From: Actinophytocola sp.
GTDB lineage: Bacteria > Actinomycetota > Actinomycetes > Mycobacteriales > Pseudonocardiaceae
Direction: 5' to 3'
Assembly: GCA_035995025.1 (NCBI GenBank)
Contig: DASYKY010000080.1
Span: 103,308-167,307, forward strand
DNA length: 64,000 nt
Shown: one piece after another, positions 48,234-58,743 of the stretch
How the letters are laid out: each line of letters starts with the position of its first letter
Numbering within the stretch: position 1 is the first letter of the stretch
Notes under the pieces: generated by a model
Databases searched by the model: none
Told to the model about the DNA's origin: nothing
What the model saw: the letters and a program-made list of their open reading frames with translations, nothing else
Made by a program: the position numbers and the translations under genes

Positions 48234-49442
48234 GTGACCGAGATCGCGACACGGACCCCCGACAGCGCCCCCTGGCCGGCCGTCACGAACCCGGCGGAGC
48301 TGCTGGCGGCGATCGCGGACTGGCTGGGCGGCTACGGCAACCCGGCAACCCGGCACACTTACGCGGAAGGGCTCGGCCTGCCCACGAGCCCAGCCGACCT
48401 CCACGAGTGGCTGAGCGCCCCCGAGCAGAACTGGCGAACGGCGGTCACCCGCTACGCCGCCGCCCTCGGCACGGCCGGACGAGCGGCGAGCGCAGCGACC
48501 GCCGGCAACGGGCCGCCCCCAGCCGCGCGAGGACGGTTCCGGCACCTGCACTGGTTCCGCTGGTGCGCGTCCCGCGGCGCCGACCCCCGCGCCGCCACCT
48601 CGCAACACGTCAAGGCCTGGCTGCGCGCGCTCGACGAGGCGGGCGCCGCTGTCGCCACCCGCGACCGCATGCTCGCCACCGTGAAGGCGCTCTACACGCA
48701 CCTCGCCGACGTCGGGATCGCCGCCGGCAACCCCGCCGCGCTCGACCGGCGGCGGCTCGGGCTCGTGAAGCCCGCCGGCAGCACCAGCACGACCATCGTC
48801 CTCACCACCGCCCAGGTTCGGGCCCTCTACGACGCCGCCGCGCGACCGCGGCAGGGCGCCGGCCCGCGGGACACCGCCCGCGCGACGGCCGTCGTCGCGC
48901 TGTTCACGCTCGGGCTGCGGGTCAGCGAGCTGTGCGACCTCGACCGCGCAGACCTGCACGTCACCCGGGGGCGGCGGGCCCTGCGCGTGCACGGCAAGGG
49001 CGGCAAGACCCGCATCGTCTACCTGCACGCCGCCGCCGAGCGGGCGCTCGCCGCGTTCCTCACCGACACCACGACCCTGCCCGCGCGCCGCGACGGCACG
49101 GGTGCGAGCACGCCGCTGCTCGTCACCCGGACCGGCGGGCGGTTCACCCGGCAGGCCGTGTGGCAGCTCCTCCGCCGCCTCGCCGCGGCCACCGGCGACC
49201 CCGGCATCGCGGGCGTGCTGCACCCGCACGCCCTTCGCCACTTCTACGTCACCACCGCCGTCGAGGCCGGCGCGCAGCTCGTGCACGTCCAGGCCGACGT
49301 CGGGCACACCAGCGCCGACACCACCGAGCAGGTCTACAACAGCGCGGCCCGCGACCCCGCGCGCAGCGCCGTCGACCTCGTGGCCGGCGCGCTGGAGCTC
49401 GACGAGCGCTCCGACCGTATCGCGCCGCCCGTCGTTACCTGA
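48234..49442 (+). CDS. Tyrosine recombinase (Xer/resolvase-like)
   Basis: GLRVSE (R), GKGGK (K), HPHALRH (HxxR), VGH and TTEQVY (Y). Confidence 0.92.
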   Translation: MTEIATRTPDSAPWPAVTNPAELLAAIADWLGGYGNPATRHTYAEGLGLPTSPADLHEWLSAPEQNWRTAVTRYAAALGTAGRAASAATAGNGPPPAARGRFRHLHWFRWCASRGADPRAATSQHVKAWLRALDEAGAAVATRDRMLATVKALYTHLADVGIAAGNPAALDRRRLGLVKPAGSTSTTIVLTTAQVRALYDAAARPRQGAGPRDTARATAVVALFTLGLRVSELCDLDRADLHVTRGRRALRVHGKGGKTRIVYLHAAAERALAAFLTDTTTLPARRDGTGASTPLLVTRTGGRFTRQAVWQLLRRLAAATGDPGIAGVLHPHALRHFYVTTAVEAGAQLVHVQADVGHTSADTTEQVYNSAARDPARSAVDLVAGALELDERSDRIAPPVVT

Positions 49443-49471
49443 TCAACCGTGATCATGGTTAGGCTGAGGAC

Positions 49472-50047
49472 GTGGTGACGCGCGACAACGAGCTCGCGCG
49501 GCGCGCCAAGCGGGGGGACCCCGAGGCGGCCGCCGAGCTGCTGGGGACAATCCGGCCCGGCGTCCTGCGCTACTGCTGGGCGCATCTCGGCTCGCTGGGT
49601 CGTGGCGACCAGACGCCCGACGACGTCGCGCAGGACATCTGCCTCGCCGTGTTCGAGGCGCTCCCCCGCTACGAGGAGCGCGGGCTGCCGTTCACCGCTT
49701 TCGTCTACCGCATCGCCGCGTTCAAGGTCGCCGACGCGCACCGTGCGGCGGCCGCGTCCTCGACGCGGCCCATCGAGACCGTGCCGGAACCGGCCGACGA
49801 CCGCTGGGACCCCGAGGACCGCGCGGTCACCGCCGACCTGTCCCGCCGGCTCCTGCCGCTGCTCAACGACCTCACCGACGCGCAGCGCGAGATCATCGTG
49901 CTGCGCGTGGCCGCGGGGCTGTCAGCCGAGGAGGTCGGCGCCGTGCTCGGCAAGAGCGCCGCGGCGGTCCGGATGGCGCAGTCGCGGGCGATGGCCCGGC
50001 TGCGCAGCTGGGCCCGCGAGCACGCGCCGGGCGAGGTGGTCGCATGA
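49472..50047 (+). CDS. ECF sigma factor, SigD/ShbA-like
   Basis: VLRYC, DDVAQDICLAVFEALPRY, PFTAFVYRIAAFKVADAHR and AVRMAQSRA. Confidence 0.88.
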   Translation: MVTRDNELARRAKRGDPEAAAELLGTIRPGVLRYCWAHLGSLGRGDQTPDDVAQDICLAVFEALPRYEERGLPFTAFVYRIAAFKVADAHRAAAASSTRPIETVPEPADDRWDPEDRAVTADLSRRLLPLLNDLTDAQREIIVLRVAAGLSAEEVGAVLGKSAAAVRMAQSRAMARLRSWAREHAPGEVVA

Positions 50048-50820
50048 CCGACCCGGACCTGCGCACGCTGCGCCGCGACGACCGCCTGCTCGACCGGATC
50101 GGCCGGGGCGAGCAGGTGGACGACGGCGACGTGGAGGCCATGCTGAGCACGTGGCGGCGCACGCTCCCGGTCGCCGGCCCGCCCGACCCGCGGCTGGTGG
50201 CCGCCGTGACCGCACCGCGCGTCCGGCCCAAGCTCCGGGTCGCACGCACGTCGCTCGGCGTCGCCGTGTCGGTCGCGCTGCTCGCCGGCGGGTTGATGGT
50301 CGGCGCCGCGTACGTGAACCCGGACAGTCCACTGTGGCCGGTCACCGGGTTCGTGTACGGCGACGTCACGAACTCGCGCACGGCCCTGGATGACGCCAAA
50401 GCCGCCGTGGCCGACGCCAGGACCGCCATCGGGCGCGGCCGCTACGCCGACGCTGGGCGCCTGCTCGCCACCGCCGACGAGCTGGCCGCCAAGGTCGACG
50501 ACCGCGGCGCGGCGAAGCGGCTGCGTGACGACATCGCGGCCGTCCGCGCGCAGCTGCCGCCCGGCCCGCCCACCACCTCCGGCTCGACCACCGTCCGGCC
50601 CACCCACGTCGAAGCCCCGCCGGGCGACGCGGCGCCCCGCGACACGCCGCCCGGCCAACCGTCGCCGGACGGGCACGGCGGTGGCCACGAGCGGGACGGC
50701 GGCCACGAGGAGCACGGCCCGGGTGCCTGGCACGGCGGCCACGACGAGGAGGGCGGCCACGAGCGGCCGCACATCAAGGGCAAGGCGAACAAGCCCCGCC
50801 CGCACAACCTCGCCGGGTAG
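50044..50820 (+). CDS. Anti-sigma factor, RsdA-like, with a His/Gly-rich tail
   Basis: RDDRLLDRIGRG N-terminus, TM helix and PDSPLWPV; ATGA overlap with the sigma gene. Confidence 0.75.
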   Translation: MTDPDLRTLRRDDRLLDRIGRGEQVDDGDVEAMLSTWRRTLPVAGPPDPRLVAAVTAPRVRPKLRVARTSLGVAVSVALLAGGLMVGAAYVNPDSPLWPVTGFVYGDVTNSRTALDDAKAAVADARTAIGRGRYADAGRLLATADELAAKVDDRGAAKRLRDDIAAVRAQLPPGPPTTSGSTTVRPTHVEAPPGDAAPRDTPPGQPSPDGHGGGHERDGGHEEHGPGAWHGGHDEEGGHERPHIKGKANKPRPHNLAG

Positions 50821-51017
50821 GCCGAACGGACCATCGCCGTTGGACCGGTCGTCGGCATTCGCGGCGAGTTGCGATCGACCCCGTTGCGCCGCGCCGCCCG
50901 GCCCGATTCACGATCGCGATTCCCCGAGACCGATGCCGGCGACGTCCCCCGCCCCGGCATCGCTCGTCGAGCCCGTCGACGCCCCCCAGCCCCGGGATGG
51001 CCAGGGCTCGAGGAGAA

Positions 51018-51058
51018 CGTGGTGTCCTTCCCGGTCCGCTCCCGGGAAGGGCACCACG
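51018..51058. repeat. 17-bp inverted repeat (terminator/REP-like)
   Basis: cgtggtgtccttcccgg...ccgggaagggcaccacg. Confidence 0.65.
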
Positions 51059-51078
51059 ACAATTCCTTCCTCCCGCGA

Positions 51079-51105
51079 TGTCGATCCGCGTGCGGCCCGT
51101 TCGTG
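51079..51105 (+). promoter_or_regulatory. Putative ECF42 promoter
   Basis: TGTCGA-N17-CGTG upstream of the DHFR-YCII-ECF42 operon. Confidence 0.55.
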
Positions 51106-51144
51106 TAGGGGGCGAGACAACCCCCGCACGGAAGGAATGCGCAC

Positions 51145-51732
51145 ATGCCCAGGATCGTGGTCGTCAGCAGCCTGACGCTCGACGGCGTCATGCAGGCCCC
51201 CGGCCGGCCCGACGAGGACACCCGGGACGGCTTCACCCACGGCGGCTGGGCCGGGAAGTACCCCGACGAGGTCATGGCGAAGGCCATGGGCGAGCGGATG
51301 TCCCGCGCCGGCGTGCTGCTGTTCGGCAGGCGCACCTACGAGGACCTGTACTCGTACTGGCCGAACCAGCCCGCGAACCCGTACACCGACAGGCTGAACA
51401 AGGCCGAGAAGTACGTCGTGTCCCGCACGCTCACCGAGCCACTCCCGTGGCAGAACTCCACGCTCGTCACCGGCGACGTGCCCGGGGCGGTCGCCGAGCT
51501 CACAGCGGGAACCGACGTCTGCGTGCTCGGCAGCGGCGAGCTGTGCCGCACGCTGATGGCCCACGACCTGGTCGACGAGTACCTGCTGCTCATCCATCCG
51601 CTGGTGCTCGGCACGGGCAGGCGGCTGTTCCCCGACGGTGCTCCGGTGGCGGATCTCGAACTCGCCGATAGCGTGACCACCACGACCGGCGTGGTGATCG
51701 CCCACTACCGGGTGCAGGGAGGGGCACGATGA
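51145..51732 (+). CDS. Dihydrofolate reductase-family (RibD C-terminal) protein
   Basis: TLDGVMQ, FGRRTY, KYVVS, GSGEL and LVDEY...PLVLGTG. Confidence 0.9.
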   Translation: MPRIVVVSSLTLDGVMQAPGRPDEDTRDGFTHGGWAGKYPDEVMAKAMGERMSRAGVLLFGRRTYEDLYSYWPNQPANPYTDRLNKAEKYVVSRTLTEPLPWQNSTLVTGDVPGAVAELTAGTDVCVLGSGELCRTLMAHDLVDEYLLLIHPLVLGTGRRLFPDGAPVADLELADSVTTTTGVVIAHYRVQGGAR

Positions 51733-52082
51733 AGCAGTACCTGCTCAGCATCTATCAGCCCGCCGGCGACCCGCCGCCGCCCGAGGTCCTCGACCCGATC
51801 ATGCGCAACGTCGCGGCGCTCAACGAGGAGATGCAGGCCGCGGGCGTGTGGGTGTTCAGCGGCCCGCTGCACCCGCCGAGCACCGCGACCGTGCTGCAGG
51901 CCAAGAGCGATGACGTGCTCGTCACCGACGGCCCGTTCGTGGAGGGCAAGGAACACCTCGGCGGCTTCAACGTGATCAAGACAGCCGACCTCGACGAGGC
52001 GCTGCACTGGGGGCGCAAGCTCGCAAAGGTCCTGGCGCCGCTGTGGATCGAGGTGCGCCCGTTGACCGGCGAGGTCGACTGA
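51729..52082 (+). CDS. YCII-related (DGPF) protein
   Basis: TDGPFVEGKEHLGGF and IEVRP. Confidence 0.92.
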   Translation: MKQYLLSIYQPAGDPPPPEVLDPIMRNVAALNEEMQAAGVWVFSGPLHPPSTATVLQAKSDDVLVTDGPFVEGKEHLGGFNVIKTADLDEALHWGRKLAKVLAPLWIEVRPLTGEVD

Positions 52083-53309
52083 GTGCCTGACGTCCCCGAG
52101 GTCGACGTCGCGCGCGTGTTCCGCGAGGAGCACGGCCGCGCGGTCGCGAGCCTGGTCCGCTTCTTCGGCGACATCGACGTCGCGGAGGAGGCGGTCCAGG
52201 ACGCGTTCGCCGCGGCGGTCCAGCGCTGGCCCGAGACCGGGCTGCCGCCGAGCCCCGCCGGCTGGATCATCACGACCGCGCGGCGGCGGGCCATCGACCG
52301 GATCCGCCGCGAGTCGTCCCGCGCGGACAAGCACGCCCAGGCCGCGTTGCTGGGCACGGCGGACGAACAGGCGGCCGAGCCGGAGGAGGGCGCCGTGCAC
52401 GACGACCGGCTGCGCCTGATCTTCACCTGCTGCCACCCGGCGCTCGGCGCCGCCGCGCAGGTGGCACTGACCCTGCGGCTGCTGGGCGGGCTCACCACCG
52501 CGGAGATCGCCCGCGCGTTCCTCGTCCCCGAGCCGACGATGGCGCAGCGGATCGTCCGCGCGAAGGGCAAGATCCGCGACGCGCGCATCCCCTACCGGGT
52601 GCCGTACGAGGCGGACCTGCCGGAGCGGGTGCGCGCGGTGCTCGCGGTCGTGTACCTGATCTTCAACGAGGGCTACACGGCCAGCTCCGGCAGCGAGCTG
52701 GTCCGCGACGACCTGAGCCGGGAGGCCGTGCGGCTGGGCCGGCTGCTCGCCGAGCTGATGCCCGACGAGCCCGAGGTGATCGGCCTGCTCGCGCTGATGC
52801 TGCTCACCGAGTCCCGCCGCCCGGCCCGCGTCGGCCCCGGCGGCGACCTCGTGCGACTCGCCGACCAGGACCGCGCGCGCTGGGACCGGGCGCTGATCGC
52901 CGAGGGCCAGGCGCTGGTGCGCGCGTGCCTGCGGCGCGGCCGGCCCGGGCCGTACCAGATCCAGGCCGCGATCAACGCCGTACACAGCGACGCGCCCCGC
53001 GCGGCGGACACGGACTGGGGACAGATCGTCGCGCTGTACGACCAGCTCCTCGTGTGCGCGCCGAGCCCGGTGGTGGCGCTGCACCGGGCGGTCGCGGTGG
53101 CCGAGGTGGCCGGTCCGGCGGCCGGGCTGGCCCTGGTCGACGAGCTGCCGCTCGACGCCTACCACCTGTTCCACGCCGTGCGGGCCGACCTGCTGGCCCG
53201 GCTCGGCAGGCCCGGCGAGGCCGCCGACGCCTACACGGCGGCCATCGACCGCACCGGGAACGAGGCGGAGCAGGCGTTCCTACACCGTGCCCGGGCCGCG
53301 CTCCAGTAG
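52083..53309 (+). CDS. ECF42 sigma factor with a C-terminal TPR extension
   Basis: [25 protein letters not shown] and GPYQIQAAI. Confidence 0.92.
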   Translation: MPDVPEVDVARVFREEHGRAVASLVRFFGDIDVAEEAVQDAFAAAVQRWPETGLPPSPAGWIITTARRRAIDRIRRESSRADKHAQAALLGTADEQAAEPEEGAVHDDRLRLIFTCCHPALGAAAQVALTLRLLGGLTTAEIARAFLVPEPTMAQRIVRAKGKIRDARIPYRVPYEADLPERVRAVLAVVYLIFNEGYTASSGSELVRDDLSREAVRLGRLLAELMPDEPEVIGLLALMLLTESRRPARVGPGGDLVRLADQDRARWDRALIAEGQALVRACLRRGRPGPYQIQAAINAVHSDAPRAADTDWGQIVALYDQLLVCAPSPVVALHRAVAVAEVAGPAAGLALVDELPLDAYHLFHAVRADLLARLGRPGEAADAYTAAIDRTGNEAEQAFLHRARAALQ

Positions 53310-54587
53310 GTCGCGCACCCGCGCTGGCACGTCCGCCGGCGTGAGCTGGTGCTGGTCGCCGGTGCGCAGGTCGCGGACGGTCACCGTGCCGGCCGCCCAG
53401 TCGTTGCCGCCGACGATCACGACCACCCGGGCACCCGACTTGTCCGCGCGCTGGATCTCCTTGCCCAGCTTGCGGACGTCGAGCGGGGTGGACGTGCGGA
53501 CCCCCGCGCCGCGCAGACCCTTCGCGACCGAGCGGGCCGCGTCGGCGAGCTCGGCGTCGGTGGCGATCACCGCCACGTCGATCTCGTTGCGCGGCTCGGG
53601 CAGCAGGCCGTGCGTGCCGAGGAAGTCGAACAGCGTCACGTCGCCCATGCCGAACCCGAGGCCCGGGATGCGCTGCGCGGAGTACAGCCCGACCAGGTTG
53701 TCGTAGCGGCCGCCGCCGAACAGCGAGCGCCGGTTGTCCGGGTGGGTGTCGAAGACCTCGAACACGGTCGACGTGTAGTAGTCGAAGCCGCGCACGATCA
53801 GCGGGTCGAACCGCACGAGGTCGCCGGCAGCGGTGTCCAGGACCGCGACGAGCTTGGACCGCTCCTTGACCTCCGCGGGCAGCTCGTCGAGGACCGCGCG
53901 GCCGCCGGTGAGCACCTCGCCGAGCCGCTCGAACTGCTTGTCGGACAGCCCGATCGCGGCGGCGTCGGCCGCGAGCTTGTCGGCCGGGTACTTCTCCCAC
54001 CGGTCGGCCAGGCCGGCCACGTCGCGCACCGCCTCCGGGGCGACGCCGACGATGCCCATGAGCATCGCGTCGAGCAGCACGCGGTCGTTGACCCGTAGCA
54101 CCCACATGTCGGGCGTCGCGCCGATCGCGGCCATCAGGTCGTGGATGAGCTCGAAGAACTCGATCTCGCAGGCCGCGCTGTCGGAGCCGAACACGTCGAC
54201 GTTGATCTGCCAGTGCTCGCGGACCCGGCCCCGCTGCGGCCGCTCGTAGCGGTGGCAGTTCGGGTGGCTGTACCAGCGAACGGGAAACTGCAGCTTGCCG
54301 GCGTTGCCGGCGATCATGCGCGCGACCGACGGCGTCATCTCCGGGCGCAGCGCCAGTCGCCGCTCGCCGCGGTCGGTGAGCGTGTACAGCTGCTGCTCGA
54401 CGATCTCGCGCGACGACTTGGCCTCGTAGATCTCGACCGGCTCGAGGATCGGGCCGTCGTAGCGCTGGTAGCCGTACCGCTCGATCACGTCGTAGAGATG
54501 CTGGAAGACCTGCATGCGGACGGACATCTCGGCCGGCAGGAAGTCGCGCGTGCCCCGGTAGGGGGCGGTCGGCAAGAACTGGGACAC
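53280..54587 (-). CDS. hisS: Histidine--tRNA ligase
   Basis: [32 protein letters not shown] and GFGMG; GTG start with TAGGCT 7 nt upstream (possibly leaderless). Confidence 0.92.
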   Translation of the reverse strand: MSQFLPTAPYRGTRDFLPAEMSVRMQVFQHLYDVIERYGYQRYDGPILEPVEIYEAKSSREIVEQQLYTLTDRGERRLALRPEMTPSVARMIAGNAGKLQFPVRWYSHPNCHRYERPQRGRVREHWQINVDVFGSDSAACEIEFFELIHDLMAAIGATPDMWVLRVNDRVLLDAMLMGIVGVAPEAVRDVAGLADRWEKYPADKLAADAAAIGLSDKQFERLGEVLTGGRAVLDELPAEVKERSKLVAVLDTAAGDLVRFDPLIVRGFDYYTSTVFEVFDTHPDNRRSLFGGGRYDNLVGLYSAQRIPGLGFGMGDVTLFDFLGTHGLLPEPRNEIDVAVIATDAELADAARSVAKGLRGAGVRTSTPLDVRKLGKEIQRADKSGARVVVIVGGNDWAAGTVTVRDLRTGDQHQLTPADVPARVRDLLERGPGTV

Positions 54588-54636
54588 GAAGTCCAGCCTA
54601 TCGAGGCCCCTCGGCCCGACCGGGCACCACCTGCGG

Positions 54637-55986
54637 CTATCGCCGGTCGAGCGCGGGCCGCTTGGGGTCGAAGCTCCAGCCGGGCACGAGGTGGCGCATG
54701 GCCACGGCGTCGTCGCGGGCGCCGAGCCCGGCGGTTTCGTGCAGCTCATGCGCCGCCGCGACGCGGTCCTCGTCGAGCGTGACACCCAGCCCGCCGCCGG
54801 CAGGCACGGTCAGGTGGCCGTCGCGCAGTTCGACCGGTGCGGTGGTGAGACGCTGGCCGTCCTGCCAGATCCAGTGCGTGTCGATGGCCGTGATCTCCCC
54901 CGGCGCGGCCGCGGCCACGTGCGTGAACATCGCGAGCGACACGTCGAAGTGGTTGTTGGAGTGCGAGCCCCAGGTCAGCCCCCACTCCTGGCACAGCTGC
55001 GCCACCCGCACCGAACCGCGCGGCGTCCAGAAGTGCGGGTCCGCGAGCGGAATGTCCACAGCGGACTGACGGACGGCGTGGGCGAGCGAGCGCCAGTCGG
55101 TGGCCACCATGTTCGTCGCGGTGCGCAGGCCCGTGGCGCGGCGGAACTCGGCGAGCACCTCGCGGCCGGAGTAGTCGCCCTCCGCGCCGCACGGGTCCTC
55201 GGCGTAGGCCAGCACGTCGCGCAGCGCCCGGCCCCGGCGCACGGCGTCGGTGAGCGGCCAGCCGCCGTTGGGGTCGAGCGTCAGCCGCGCGTCCGGGAAG
55301 CGGTCGGCGAGCGCTTCCATCACGGCGACCTCCTCGTCACCGGGCAGCACGCCGCCCTTCAGCTTGAGGTCGGCGAACCCATAGCGCGCGCGGGCTGCCT
55401 CGGCCTGCGCCACGATCCCGGCCGCGTCGAGCGCGGGCGCGTTCCGCAGCCTGCGCCACGGGTCGTCCGATGTGGACTCGTCGCGGTAGTCCAGGCCCGT
55501 CCGCGCCGCGTCGCCGACGAAGAACAGGTAGCCAAGCACCGGCACCCGGTCTCGCTGGCGGCCGTCGCCGAGCAGCGCGGCCACCGGCTGGTCGAGCAGC
55601 CGGCCGAGCAGGTCCAGCAGCGCCGACTCGATTGCGGCCCGGACGTGCACGGTCACCCGCAGGTCGAACGTCTGCCGGCCGCGCCCGGCCGCGTCCCGCC
55701 CGGCGAACCGGCCGGTCACCGCGGCCAGCACGGCGTTGTGCCCGCCGACCGGCGTGCCGACGACGAGGTCGCGGGCCTCGGTCAGGGTCGTGGTGATCGC
55801 CGGGCCGCCGGGCACCTCGCCGACGCCGGTGCGGCCGTCGGAGTCGGTGAGGATCAGCAGGTTCCGGGTGAAGTACGGGCCGTGCGCGCCGCTGAGGTTG
55901 AGCAGCATGCTGTCCCGCCCGGCGACCGGGACCACCCGGTAGCCGGTCACGACGGGCGCACGCGGTGTCAACGGTTCGCTCCGCAA
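54637..55986 (-). CDS. gudD: Glucarate dehydratase
   Basis: [41 protein letters not shown] and DTHWIWQ. Confidence 0.93.
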   Translation of the reverse strand: MRSEPLTPRAPVVTGYRVVPVAGRDSMLLNLSGAHGPYFTRNLLILTDSDGRTGVGEVPGGPAITTTLTEARDLVVGTPVGGHNAVLAAVTGRFAGRDAAGRGRQTFDLRVTVHVRAAIESALLDLLGRLLDQPVAALLGDGRQRDRVPVLGYLFFVGDAARTGLDYRDESTSDDPWRRLRNAPALDAAGIVAQAEAARARYGFADLKLKGGVLPGDEEVAVMEALADRFPDARLTLDPNGGWPLTDAVRRGRALRDVLAYAEDPCGAEGDYSGREVLAEFRRATGLRTATNMVATDWRSLAHAVRQSAVDIPLADPHFWTPRGSVRVAQLCQEWGLTWGSHSNNHFDVSLAMFTHVAAAAPGEITAIDTHWIWQDGQRLTTAPVELRDGHLTVPAGGGLGVTLDEDRVAAAHELHETAGLGARDDAVAMRHLVPGWSFDPKRPALDRR

Positions 55987-55993
55987 GCTCCGC

Positions 55994-56905
55994 TCACGCC
56001 AGCTTCACCTTGTCCACCAACGCCTTCAGCTCGCCGAGCTCGGTGTCGGTGAGGTCGGTGAGCGGCGGGCGGACCGGTCCGGCGGGGCGGCCGACCGCGG
56101 TCAGCGCGGCCTTCACCATCGATACCGCGTAGCCGGCCCGCCGGTCGCGGATCTCCAGGTAGGGCAGCACGAACTCGTCGAGCCTGCGATACACGGCCGG
56201 CGCGTCGCGCTCGCGCACGGCGGCGTAGAAGTCGAGCGCGAAGCGGGGCGCGAAGTTGAGGATCGCCGACGAGTACGTCGTCACGCCCATCTCCAGGTAC
56301 GGCAGGGCGTAGGTCTCCGCGGTCGGCAGCCCGCCGATCGACAGCAGCCGGTCGCCGAGTCGCGTGTGGACTCTCGTCATGAGGTCGACGTTGCCGATGC
56401 CGTCCTTGAAGCCGATGAGGTTCGGGCAGTCGTCGGCCAGCCGCTGCACGGCGTCGAAGCCGAACGCGGCGTTGGCGCGGTGGTAGACGATCACGCCGAG
56501 GTCCGTCGCGGCGCACACCGCGCGGACGTGCGCGACGAGGCCCTCCTGCGGCAGCGTGGTCAGGTACGGCGGCAGGAGGAACACGCCGGCGGCGCCGGCC
56601 TGTTCGGCGTCGCGGGCCATGGCCCTGGCCTGCGCGGTGCCGTACCCGGCGGGCGCGACCACCGGCCGGGCCGACTCGGCGACGGCCGCGCGGACCACCC
56701 GCTTGACCTCGGCCGGGGTGAGCGCGGGGAACTCGCCCGTGCCGCCCGCGGCGAACACCCCGGCGACCGGGAAGGACGACTGCCAGGCCACGTGCTCGCG
56801 GTAGGGCTCCTCGTCGAACTCGAAGTCCTCGCGGGCGTGGGTGACGGGAAAACACAGCAGGCCGGTCCCGAGCTCGGCGCGCAGGGTCTGCGGGTCGTAG
56901 GTCAT
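55994..56905 (-). CDS. kdgD: 5-dehydro-4-deoxyglucarate dehydratase
   Basis: GGTGEF, LLPPYL, GFKDG, GGLPTAE, YSSA and GYAVS. Confidence 0.92.
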   Translation of the reverse strand: MTYDPQTLRAELGTGLLCFPVTHAREDFEFDEEPYREHVAWQSSFPVAGVFAAGGTGEFPALTPAEVKRVVRAAVAESARPVVAPAGYGTAQARAMARDAEQAGAAGVFLLPPYLTTLPQEGLVAHVRAVCAATDLGVIVYHRANAAFGFDAVQRLADDCPNLIGFKDGIGNVDLMTRVHTRLGDRLLSIGGLPTAETYALPYLEMGVTTYSSAILNFAPRFALDFYAAVRERDAPAVYRRLDEFVLPYLEIRDRRAGYAVSMVKAALTAVGRPAGPVRPPLTDLTDTELGELKALVDKVKLA

Positions 56906-56969
56906 GCGCGCTCCGTGGGTTGGGTCGGCACCCCGCAAGCCTAGGCCGGACGGCGTGCCACCATCGGGT

Positions 56970-57686
56970 GTGAGCACGCTGGGGTTCTTCGTGGTGTGCG
57001 CGGGGGTCACGCTCGGCGCGATGCTGCAGGTGTCGATCGGGTTCGGGCTGGGGATGATCGCCGCGCCGGTGCTGGCGATCGTCGACGCGTCGCTGGTGCC
57101 GGCGGTCAACCTGGTGCTGGCGTGTTGCGTGACCGCGGCGGTGCTCGTGCAGGACGGCGCGTCGCTGGACGTGCGCGGCGCCGGCTGGGCGCTGGCGGGC
57201 CGGGTGCCGGGCGTCGTGGCGGGCACCCTGCTGGTCACACTGCTGCCCGGCCGGGTGCTCGCGCTGCTGGTGGTGGCGGCCGTGTTCGCCGGGGTCGCGG
57301 TCACGGTGTACGGCTTCCGGCCGCGGCCGACCCGGCCCGCGGTGGTGGTCGCCGGGGCGATGTCGGGCCTGATGGGCACGGCGACGTCGATCGGCGGCGC
57401 CCCGATGGCGATGGTGTGGGCGCACTTCGCGGGCCCGCGGCTGCGCAGCACGATGGGGGCGTTCTTCCTGGTGGGGTCCGCGATGAGCCTGGCCGCGCTG
57501 GCGCTGGCGGGCTCGGTCCGGGTCGACGACCTGTGGTACTCGCTGCTGCTGGTCCCGGCGGCGGCGCTCGGGTTCCTGCTCGCCCGCCCGGTGGGGCGCC
57601 GGCTGGACGTACGGCGTACCCGGATCGCGGCGATGGCACTGTCGGTCACCGGCGCGGCGGTGCTGGCGGTGCGGCAGCTCGCCTGA
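56970..57686 (+). CDS. TSUP / sulfite exporter TauE-SafE family membrane protein
   Basis: GFGLG...AP and [11 protein letters not shown] motifs; about 8 TM helices. Confidence 0.85.
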   Translation: MSTLGFFVVCAGVTLGAMLQVSIGFGLGMIAAPVLAIVDASLVPAVNLVLACCVTAAVLVQDGASLDVRGAGWALAGRVPGVVAGTLLVTLLPGRVLALLVVAAVFAGVAVTVYGFRPRPTRPAVVVAGAMSGLMGTATSIGGAPMAMVWAHFAGPRLRSTMGAFFLVGSAMSLAALALAGSVRVDDLWYSLLLVPAAALGFLLARPVGRRLDVRRTRIAAMALSVTGAAVLAVRQLA

Positions 57687-57712
57687 TTACCTGCTGTCCG
57701 TCTGCTGTCCGT

Positions 57713-58174
57713 TCACCTTCCGGGCCGTTGCCGGTCCAGCCCGTCGAGCACCTCCCGAAGCTCAGGGGGCTGCAGCGGATCGTCCAGTTCGCCGAGCTCC
57801 GCGACCGGCACCCACCGGTACTCGACGAGGTTGCGCCGCTCGTCGTCGAGCAGCCCGTCGCGCACCGGCTCGGGCCCGTCGCCGTCGAAGCGGGCCAGGA
57901 AGAAGTACTCGGGCCCGACAAAGCGAACACCCAACCAGATCACGTCCCGCTCGATGGTCATCCCGGGTGGCGCAACGGCCGCGGGGTCGAACCCGGTCTC
58001 CTCGCCCAGCTCCCGCCTGGCGGCTTCCAGCGGCGTCTCACCGGTCTCGATGCCGCCCCCGGGCGGCTCCCAGAGGTAGTGGCCGTCAGTGGGATCGCGC
58101 CAGTGGAGCAGCAGCACCCGGCGCGCCGCGTCGACACAAAGAACCCGGGCCGCGGGCCGATTACGTATCTCCAC
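57713..58174 (-). CDS. NUDIX hydrolase
   Basis: GGGIETGETPLEAARRELGEETG Nudix box. Confidence 0.9.
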   Translation of the reverse strand: MEIRNRPAARVLCVDAARRVLLLHWRDPTDGHYLWEPPGGGIETGETPLEAARRELGEETGFDPAAVAPPGMTIERDVIWLGVRFVGPEYFFLARFDGDGPEPVRDGLLDDERRNLVEYRWVPVAELGELDDPLQPPELREVLDGLDRQRPGR

Positions 58175-58184
58175 GATCTCGACG

Positions 58185-58743
58185 TTAGCCCGGGTGCGAC
58201 AGACCCTGCCGATCGTCGTCGGTCCACTCCGGACTTCTGCCCAGCCGCGCGCAGTAGTCCACCCAGGTAAGGCTGCCGTCGGGCACGGGTTCGCGCGCCC
58301 AGTAGGTGACGCGCTCGTTGTGGCTCCACGCACCGGTGGCCGGGCCGTACCGGCTGACCAGTTTCTCCGTCCCGCTCCAGCCGCCCGAGCGCCACGGCGA
58401 ACCGAACACTGGACGCGGTAGCGGGTCGTGCGCCGAACATCGAATGCCCGCGGTCCGCGACATGCGCGGCGAAGAGCTCCGGATAGCGTGTCCGCAACCG
58501 GTGCTCGATGACGCCGAACTCGGCGAACGGTTCGCCGTCGACGACGCATCGGCTCAGCGGATCGAGCAGTTCGTCGGTCACCCCGTGCGGGGCTTCGTCG
58601 GCGAACGTCACCTCGAGGCTGGCCAGCCAGACGTGCTCGGGGTGCGCGGACGTGTTGTCGCACCTGTACTGCAGCATCTTGTCAGGCAGCCGGAAGTAGG
58701 TGACATCGTCCGCGGTGAAGCACTTCGGGCAGGTGACGATCAC
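58185..58743 (-). pseudogene. Zn-ribbon hypothetical protein split by an apparent 1-nt insertion at about 58363
   Basis: N-half VIVTCPKC...C...H...LGRLERDGE continues in another frame as LVSRYGPATGAWSHN...; removing one A from GAAACTG joins them. Confidence 0.6.

Noticed and set aside
44867-49471. Prophage or ICE
   Set aside because: No structural, Rep, FtsK/Tra or excisionase genes and no att repeats seen
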